From positions 1-64,000 of IMG/VR virus record IMGVR_UViG_3300025706_000022: 64,000 nt of DNA; one strand, given 5' to 3'. This DNA is from a virus (taxonomy: Duplodnaviria; Caudoviricetes). The position numbers and the translations under genes were made by a program. This document shows positions 57,371 to 64,000 of the stretch, one piece after another (position 1 is the first letter of the stretch; every line of letters starts with the position of its first letter). The notes below the pieces were generated by a model, which did no database searches, was not told the DNA's origin, and was given only the letters and a program-made list of their open reading frames with translations.

Positions 57371-57838
57371 CTATTTACTACCAATCGTCATTCTATATTT
57401 ATCTACAGTGCTAGGAGTATTATTAGGAGCATCAAAACTGGGGAATTCTTGTCGTACTTCCCCAAGAGTCTCATTAATCCTATCTACAAGTTCTTCCTCT
57501 TCTCTCATTATTTCAGAGGTATCAAGGGTAATGATAACTGGCACATGACTACTAGCACCATTATTACTACTTTCTACAGGTACAGTTGCATATGCATAAG
57601 GCAGCAATGCCTTTAACACATTAAACTTAATACCCATAAGAGTTGCTATAACCATACGACTAGGCTTAGGTGACAATTTGATCTCTTGGATCTCCATATC
57701 AATTTCACCTATTTGCATTACCAATCTCCCGAGTGGACAAACTCGGAGTTGCTCAAGCCTTAGCTGAGACTTAGTACTAGGAGGTGTCCCTGGAGTGGCA
57801 GACTTACGATACGCTACAGGAGTAACAGTATCACTCAT
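57371..57838 (-). CDS. Putative terminase small subunit
   Basis: First gene of the packaging block; helical, L..LLPY.Y; assigned by position only. Confidence 0.45.
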   Translation of the reverse strand: MSDTVTPVAYRKSATPGTPPSTKSQLRLEQLRVCPLGRLVMQIGEIDMEIQEIKLSPKPSRMVIATLMGIKFNVLKALLPYAYATVPVESSNNGASSHVPVIITLDTSEIMREEEELVDRINETLGEVRQEFPSFDAPNNTPSTVDKYRMTIGSK

Positions 57839-58008
57839 GTTATCTCCTTTCTTAGTAGATCATGAGATTATTGGATTTTCGTAGCTTGCCCCTCTAACAT
57901 ATAAATATGCAGAAGGGATCATTTGGCAAAAATAAATAAGAAAATTCCACATACCATATACCATAACACCCATATAGGGCATCATAGTATACGGTATGTG
58001 GTATTGCC

Positions 58009-58614
58009 CTAAAGCTCTTTCCAGGTTCTTTTACTTCTAGCCTTCATTACTGTAGCCCTCTGAACATTGAGTTTCTTAGCTAAGGCTGCATTTGATTCAG
58101 TAGAAGAGCGTATAGCTAATACATCATTTACTGTTAATTTAAAACCAACTCCTGTGTTACCCCTACCCTTATTAATCATATCAGCTACATTATCTGCTTG
58201 TGTACCAGCAAATAGATGCTCTATATTACAACACTTAGGGTTATCACATTTATGTAGTATATACAAATCAGTAGGGCCATTATGCTCCACCCATACTATC
58301 CTATGTACTCTTAACGAAGTACCGTTTGTATAACCAGCATAGTTTAACTGACCATAACCATCACCATCAAGAGCACCCTGGTATTCAATACAACCAGTCT
58401 CTTTATTAGTAACACACCTAGACTTAATATAATCAAGCACATGAAGGCCAGTCCTAGTCTTCTTTACTAGAAACCCACATTCAATTGCCTTATAGAAGTG
58501 TCTTAAACAATAACCCCTAGTGTTTACTTTATTAGAACAACAGTTGAGATTACATTGACCATTATCTTTAACAATAGTATGCCTCTCAAAGAATTCTTTT
58601 GTACATTCAAACAT
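58009..58614 (-). CDS. Free-standing HNH endonuclease
   Basis: GYGQL...RVHRIVW...G....ILHKCDNPKCCNIEHLFAGTQADNVADM; C-terminal KLT..DV HTH; start ATG 58614. Confidence 0.9.
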   Translation of the reverse strand: MFECTKEFFERHTIVKDNGQCNLNCCSNKVNTRGYCLRHFYKAIECGFLVKKTRTGLHVLDYIKSRCVTNKETGCIEYQGALDGDGYGQLNYAGYTNGTSLRVHRIVWVEHNGPTDLYILHKCDNPKCCNIEHLFAGTQADNVADMINKGRGNTGVGFKLTVNDVLAIRSSTESNAALAKKLNVQRATVMKARSKRTWKEL

Positions 58615-58712
58615 AGTAACTCCTGTTACTCTCCATAAGGAACAAGTAGGCAAGTAAGTGGAGAGCTTACAATTCGGGGATCAACCTAGCCTACTTGTAA
58701 CTAGTTATAGCA

Positions 58713-59159
58713 TTACTCTACAACAGTAACACTATTGTATTGTTTGTCGTTATTAAGCTTACGAAGTACAAAGTTATGTGGGCTGTAGTTATCGGGCTCT
58801 AACTGACGAACTCCATATCCAGGTGGGATTTCGCCGTTAAATTGAATGTAGATCACATCTTTAGTGTACCAGTAGTAGTCCTTCTCTGTCTTCTTAGATT
58901 GCATAGTAATAATCTTATTACCATGTTGATCAGTGTCAAGGCTTTCTACAGACACACGATCCCAACCAAAACCATCACGCACCAATACATATGGTGTCAA
59001 CACATCATTATCATTCTCATCAACAGTATGCTCTTGATAAAAGAACACTTTATTACGCACTTGTACAGGATTCAACACAAACATTATATTACTCCTCAAA
59101 CAAAGCAAATCTAGGGTTATCAACAATCTCAATAGATTGAGAGTTACTACTAGTGACAT
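58713..59159 (-). CDS. Hypothetical protein, possibly a degenerate HNH fold
   Basis: VIY.QFNGEIP.G..V...D...P.N resembles an HNH core without the His/Asn residues. Confidence 0.45.
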   Translation of the reverse strand: MSLVVTLNLLRLLITLDLLCLRSNIMFVLNPVQVRNKVFFYQEHTVDENDNDVLTPYVLVRDGFGWDRVSVESLDTDQHGNKIITMQSKKTEKDYYWYTKDVIYIQFNGEIPPGYGVRQLEPDNYSPHNFVLRKLNNDKQYNSVTVVE

Positions 59160-59553
59160 CTTCTATAGTACCAGTATGATATCCAGCTGGTACTCTACAT
59201 ATGTACTCCCACACATCATGTGGTGTGTTATCATATGGTACTGCAGGTCTAAGCCACTTATGGTCTAAGAATCTAAGCCTATGGTTGAGAGTTACACGCC
59301 AATCACTGTTAACACTACTCTGTATACGCTGTCTATGTCGTTCAATATAGTACACACTATGTACCTTATCGAAGCGTATTCCAGTCAGACCAGTGAATTC
59401 TTTTTCACTGAGCACATTATGACCCTCTTTATGGCGTATATACAGATTGTCAATTACTAAGCCACGTAGTGGATTTATCATTTCTACCATACACGATCTA
59501 TCTAACTTACCGTGTACAGACGTCCACAGATCACGCATATCCTTATTGCTCAT
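59089..59553 (-). CDS. Hypothetical protein
   Basis: ORF with AAGGAG RBS. Confidence 0.55.
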   Translation of the reverse strand: MSNKDMRDLWTSVHGKLDRSCMVEMINPLRGLVIDNLYIRHKEGHNVLSEKEFTGLTGIRFDKVHSVYYIERHRQRIQSSVNSDWRVTLNHRLRFLDHKWLRPAVPYDNTPHDVWEYICRVPAGYHTGTIEDVTSSNSQSIEIVDNPRFALFEE

Positions 59554-59562
59554 ATAATCTCC

Positions 59563-59643
59563 TTATAATGCTAAGTGTACATCTTATAGTCGCTAAGTGC
59601 ACACTATATATCGAACACATTACACTTATAATGCTAAGTGCAT
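59563..59643. repeat. Three direct repeats TTATA(A/GT)(T/C)GCTAAGTG
   Basis: Copies start at 59563, 59584 and 59626, next to a very AT-rich tract. Confidence 0.75.
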
Positions 59644-59963
59644 ATTACTAGTCTCTAACAAAGGCCGCGCCATATACTATATATGGTACTCCTCTAGTAC
59701 TACTAATACATTTAATTATTTCTTTATTATACAACAACATAATTATTTATTCTTTATAATATATTTAACTAATCTATCCAGTATTTTTAATTCTATCTTC
59801 TTTTAATCTTAATATAATTATGTTAATAGATTGTGTAGACTAAATCGTTATAATAATCTTATATTACATTATAATACTCTTATATACTAATATAACCCCT
59901 CCTTACCTCCCCTTCCGTGACCTTTTATGCTCCACGCCCCCGGCTTTTTTCGAAGGCAATACA

Positions 59964-61454
59964 CTATAATTGGGTCTTTTTAGCCCATACATTAAGAGTG
60001 TCTAACTCATCTTGTGTTAATCTAAGCTTACCTCCATTAGCCTCATATTGATGGTGTAGTGTCCTAACACCATTAGCCATTAAATATAGTTTCTTATATT
60101 TGCAATGTTTATCATTAAACGGAACAACACATTCTTTTTGTTTATCGTATCTAAATACATAATCAAAGATAGGATATATCAAATCCCCAGACTTACCAGG
60201 TATACGCTTTCCATCAACAATAGTATCAGGATAAAATCTATGGAACTCAGGGGTACACCCTCTAGTTTTACCAGGAGGCTTAACACCTATGTTATGTAAG
60301 AATGGTCTAACTTTAAATGGCATACTAAAATAATCACGCTTATAAGTATCAGGGTGGTGTCCTCTTAGTATACGGCCATTATTATCTACATGCTGCCTAG
60401 CACCATCATGAATAGCATCACTAAACATACACAATGAATGTTCAGTTATTTGATCCCACATGGTACGTTTAATTAACTCTTCAATCCAAACTTGATTGTA
60501 TAAATCTATACAACTAGTTCTAGTGAATTCTTCTTGACCAGGGACATTAACATCCTTAGTAATAAATAACTCTGAATAAGAATAAGACTTAGGAAAGCCA
60601 GTATCCTTATCAGCCCAAGAGTTAGATATATTAGTAGAAAACAATAAAAGTAGCTGATAGTATCTAAACTGATCATAGTTAGTTATATTAAGGGATAGAG
60701 TATCATAGGGCTCTTGTGGGTGTTCCTTAAACATTTCATACTCTTCAGTAAAATCTTCTTTCATAAATTGCTCTAACACATTACCAATGATTAACTTTTG
60801 CATTAATTGTGGACAAACATAAATACTGCCATCCTTAAAGTTACCATAGTCTTTACCAACAAAATTAGGTACTTTGTAGAAAGCATAACTAGCCTTTATA
60901 CTACCGTACTCATTAGGCGGAAATGGATTAGGTACAAAGAAGTCAGGCTTAACTATTTTAGTGTTATTATCTAAAAGCATTGAAGTAAAATGTAATAATG
61001 GTGAAGTTACTCTTGCTTCTCTAATATACTCAATTAATGTCCGTATTTGTCTCTCAGATAACCAAGGATTGCTGTATTTATCCACCATCTCCTTAAAAGT
61101 AAGCCTACGTTCTATCCAATTAATTAAAAACTCTTTGAGTGTGTATGGATTAGTCCACCCAGGGCCATATCCTCTAGAATCCTTAAACATTCTTAAAGTA
61201 AAACTATCATAATGAAGCCAAGGGTCTAATACAATATTAGGTGTCCATTTATTCTTAGGTGTGCTTTTAGATACTTCTCTTGCTTTTTTAATAGCCCCTT
61301 TTTCATCTCCTAAAAATTCTGGACTATTTATATATTCTATGCCTAATTCTTTTAGTGTTTTACCGCCCCATTTAATATCTGCATAAGCAGGCTTATCAGG
61401 GCATACGTAAGGTTCCAATCTTTTCTTTGCCACCAGTATTACTCCTTTCTTCAA
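59964..61454 (-). CDS. Large hypothetical protein (496 aa)
   Basis: Long ORF with AAGGAG RBS, AT-rich codons, no recognised motif. Confidence 0.7.
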   Translation of the reverse strand: MKKGVILVAKKRLEPYVCPDKPAYADIKWGGKTLKELGIEYINSPEFLGDEKGAIKKAREVSKSTPKNKWTPNIVLDPWLHYDSFTLRMFKDSRGYGPGWTNPYTLKEFLINWIERRLTFKEMVDKYSNPWLSERQIRTLIEYIREARVTSPLLHFTSMLLDNNTKIVKPDFFVPNPFPPNEYGSIKASYAFYKVPNFVGKDYGNFKDGSIYVCPQLMQKLIIGNVLEQFMKEDFTEEYEMFKEHPQEPYDTLSLNITNYDQFRYYQLLLLFSTNISNSWADKDTGFPKSYSYSELFITKDVNVPGQEEFTRTSCIDLYNQVWIEELIKRTMWDQITEHSLCMFSDAIHDGARQHVDNNGRILRGHHPDTYKRDYFSMPFKVRPFLHNIGVKPPGKTRGCTPEFHRFYPDTIVDGKRIPGKSGDLIYPIFDYVFRYDKQKECVVPFNDKHCKYKKLYLMANGVRTLHHQYEANGGKLRLTQDELDTLNVWAKKTQL

Positions 61455-61653
61455 ATTGTTTACATTGTGTTACTTTAAATGGAAACTGCACTAAATTAGC
61501 TATTGTAGGTCTAGCTGAACAAGAGTACTCATACCAGAATATATGAGGCATTTCCCATGATTCTTCCTCTCTATGTACATGATAATGTTTACAATTACGG
61601 CATGAAGGCATAATTACTCCTAAACGAAAAATAGGGGAACAGCTTGTGGCCAT
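61396..61653 (-). CDS. Small Cys-rich protein
   Basis: CRNCKH...C...C; probable start at the internal MPSC. Confidence 0.45.
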   Translation of the reverse strand: MATSCSPIFRLGVIMPSCRNCKHYHVHREEESWEMPHIFWYEYSCSARPTIANLVQFPFKVTQCKQFEERSNTGGKEKIGTLRMP

Positions 61654-61662
61654 TCCCCTAAT
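61631..61662 (-). terminator. Rho-independent terminator after the Ala-rich gene
   Basis: Minus strand TAGGGGAATGGC-CACAA-GCTGTTCCCCTATTTTT. Confidence 0.7.
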
Positions 61663-61680
61663 TTACTACCTAGCTACTCT

Positions 61681-62088
61681 TTAAGCAGCAGTGGCAGGCG
61701 CCTGAGCAGCCTTAGCCTTCTCAAGCAGTTCTTCCACATTAACACCAGTAGAAGCCAGGTATTCTTGCAGAGCAATAGCCGAATTAGCCTTATTACGGTA
61801 TTCAGCCAGATGAGCACCACGAGGCTGAGCATTAGCAGCACGTTCAGCTTCTTCTTTAGCCTTCTTCTCAGCTTGTTCAGCCATCAGCTTTTCAGCAAGC
61901 GGAGCCAGCTTCTTCAGATCACCAGACTCACCGGCTTCCAGGACTTCCAGGATAGCGGTACCAAGAGTGGCACGCTTACGATGCAGTTCCAGAGCGGCCT
62001 TAGCCTGCGGGCTAACTTCACGCTTAGGCTTGGCGGCACCAGAGATAGCGGCAGCAGCGGCGGCAGAGACGTTGGTGGTTTCAGTCAT
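61681..62088 (-). CDS. Ala-rich, apparently highly expressed helical protein with an internal repeat
   Basis: Host-like codon bias, own terminator; SPQAKAALELHRKRA and QPRGAHLAEYRNKA. Confidence 0.7.
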   Translation of the reverse strand: MTETTNVSAAAAAAISGAAKPKREVSPQAKAALELHRKRATLGTAILEVLEAGESGDLKKLAPLAEKLMAEQAEKKAKEEAERAANAQPRGAHLAEYRNKANSAIALQEYLASTGVNVEELLEKAKAAQAPATAA

Positions 62089-62330
62089 GATTGTATTACT
62101 CCATATATAGATTGCTAGATACTATCTAGCGGATAATCCTATTAGCAACATGCTAAAGGACAGAATTGGTCGGTTACTTCTACGGCGTCTCACGACGTTA
62201 GGTACAACAACAAACAAATTCGGCGGACACCTCGTGTCCTTTTATGCTCCACGGGGCCGGTTCTTTTTACTCACATAGCACTGCAATTGCAGAATATGCT
62301 ATCTAGTCTAACGACTATACATCAAATCTA

Positions 62331-62627
62331 CTATCGACCATATGAGTGACCGCTACAGCCACCACTATGGTGAATTTGTCTAGAGTACTCAGAGTCAGCT
62401 GGATATTGTCTATGCATCTCTTGATAACGAGATAGAAGCATATTCCAACTAGACCGCTTTAATGGTATGATAGAGCAGTTAGCTGTTACTACTTCATACT
62501 GCATTACCTCCTCTTTAGTAGCATAATATTTATCAGTTAGCCTAAAATGACGATGAAGACCTTTACCCCTACTATGGCCAATAAGCCATTGCCAGGTTGC
62601 AATTCTTTCTTTACTTGAGTCTTTCAT
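62331..62627 (-). CDS. Hypothetical protein
   Basis: Coupled ORF. Confidence 0.45.
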   Translation of the reverse strand: MKDSSKERIATWQWLIGHSRGKGLHRHFRLTDKYYATKEEVMQYEVVTANCSIIPLKRSSWNMLLSRYQEMHRQYPADSEYSRQIHHSGGCSGHSYGR

Positions 62628-62887
62628 TAGTCTTCCCTTACTAACCTATCAAGCCTACCGCACTCAATATTGATAGATACATAAGGATGAATAGGCTTAT
62701 TAACACCACCGTAGTACCCAGTATAAAACCCTAAGATGAATGAATTAGCATCTTCAGGTTGTAGATTAACAAGGCCCTGATAACAAGCCTTTTGTAAATC
62801 CTTTAATGATGGTGTAACCATATTAAATGGTACATTAGGATTGTCATTCACCTTCGGATTATAATTCACTTCTGCGTTATCACTCAT
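62627..62887 (-). CDS. Hypothetical protein
   Basis: Coupled to the ligase stop. Confidence 0.5.
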   Translation of the reverse strand: MSDNAEVNYNPKVNDNPNVPFNMVTPSLKDLQKACYQGLVNLQPEDANSFILGFYTGYYGGVNKPIHPYVSINIECGRLDRLVRED

Positions 62888-63819
62888 TACCTACCATCCT
62901 CTCTAAATCCTGCGATATGCCATCTACTAGCACGAGGGAAGCGTGGCTTATACCCATCAAGTCCAATAGCAAAGTGACGCATAACAATAATCTTGCCAAG
63001 GTACTTTTCTTGATTGAACCAAATATGTCTACGCTCATCATGATTAAAAGAACCACAAGAAATCTCTAATGGCTCACCATTATAATTCACTATAAACTTA
63101 CCAGTAGTATTAGCAGGAACCATTCCATCTCTAGTAACACTACGCTCAGTATACCCTAAGGCATTAGTCTTAGCTTCATTGATATTGATCATCTGCTCAA
63201 CAAAGCCAATTACTTCTACTTCACACTCAGTAAACCGTTTAAGCTTAAAGAGAATGTTGTCATTGAAGGTAGAACGACCATGCTTATAGCGACCATCTTC
63301 TGATCTAAGCATGATACCCTCATAACCGAGAGTAAGACTCTTTTCTTCAAATGCAAGTAAATCATCTAAACAATTGATAAAAGTATGCCCTACAGGATGC
63401 AACCAATCATCACCACTAGGAAGGCTCAATAGTCTATCTTTAAATTTACCAGTAGTAATTCTATCAAACACATGGAAGTGGATATCACCAGGCTTGTTAT
63501 ATGACATTACATGTGATTGTGTAGTGTTATACACATTGGTATCAGTAGGCTTACCTACAATTAATTCACCATCAAGACCGTGTAAGTGCTTAAACATACC
63601 TTGTGCTTGCATACTCGGAATAGGCTTGCCACTACGTGATTGTAACACACCATTCCATGCAATAGCTCTTATACCGTCTAGTTTAGGGCTAGCAAGGTAC
63701 GGAAACTTAAGCTTATCAAGACAGTGGGGGTCTACCAATGGATCTAGCGTTGCGGATAACAGCGGTTTTACAGGCATTACTCTCATCTCCTTTAAGCTTT
63801 CGAATTGCATCAGCTGCAC
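62887..63819 (-). CDS. ATP-dependent DNA ligase
   Basis: Motif I SPKLDGIRA; LDGEL; FHVFD; YEGIMLR....Y..GRS...KLK; PRFP. Confidence 0.95.
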   Translation of the reverse strand: MQLMQFESLKEMRVMPVKPLLSATLDPLVDPHCLDKLKFPYLASPKLDGIRAIAWNGVLQSRSGKPIPSMQAQGMFKHLHGLDGELIVGKPTDTNVYNTTQSHVMSYNKPGDIHFHVFDRITTGKFKDRLLSLPSGDDWLHPVGHTFINCLDDLLAFEEKSLTLGYEGIMLRSEDGRYKHGRSTFNDNILFKLKRFTECEVEVIGFVEQMININEAKTNALGYTERSVTRDGMVPANTTGKFIVNYNGEPLEISCGSFNHDERRHIWFNQEKYLGKIIVMRHFAIGLDGYKPRFPRASRWHIAGFREDGR

Positions 63820-63937
63820 AAAAATCTCTAATACGCTCTACATCTGGACCATGCCCATGCTTCTTACACGTATCCATATAATGCATCCATGCAGCAACTG
63901 CAGCGTCTTCTAGTCCACGTAAATAATCTTCATTCAT
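63716..63937 (-). CDS. Hypothetical protein overlapping the ligase 5' end
   Basis: ORF with GAGG RBS; the overlap makes the ligase start uncertain. Confidence 0.4.
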   Translation of the reverse strand: MNEDYLRGLEDAAVAAWMHYMDTCKKHGHGPDVERIRDFCAADAIRKLKGDESNACKTAVIRNARSIGRPPLS

Positions 63938-64000
63938 TATTCCTCCTCATTATATTGATAATCTTCAGGATGTGGTACCGGTGGACCTTGGTAAAAGGTA

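Noticed and set aside
59563-59643. CRISPR-like mini-array
   Set aside because: Only three short imperfect repeats with irregular 3- and 23-nt gaps, and no cas genes
63374-63913. 179-aa plus-strand ORF
   Set aside because: Antisense to the DNA ligase gene

Overview
This window is 64 kb of a tailed dsDNA phage genome with a long non-contractile tail (siphovirus-type) and roughly 40% GC by eye. Essentially all real genes are on the minus strand. Reading along that strand (right to left): ATP-dependent DNA ligase; an AT-rich, repeat-bearing control region; terminase and portal; a MuF/SPP1-gp7-like head protein fused to a T7-type single-subunit RNA polymerase; scaffold, capsid, connectors, tail tube, frameshifting tail chaperone, a 2219-aa tape measure with a muramidase domain, tail tip and fibres; a block of small secreted/membrane genes; a second, uninterrupted single-subunit RNA polymerase; gp2.5-like SSB; family A DNA polymerase; nucleotide-metabolism genes; three tRNAs; and seven HNH endonuclease genes. 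The main result is that ORFs 48344-51634, 46283-47407 and 45053-45376 are one gene split by two group I introns (47405-48361 and 45362-46300), each carrying an HNH gene. The introns sit exactly inside polymerase motifs B and C. Splicing restores a predicted 1561-aa MuF-RNAP fusion at the canonical minor-head-protein position after the portal. This suggests a capsid-delivered RNA polymerase that depends on self-splicing and hands over to a second phage RNAP. No helicase/primase or lysis cassette is recognisable in the window. All family assignments come from motif recognition by eye; no database searches were run.
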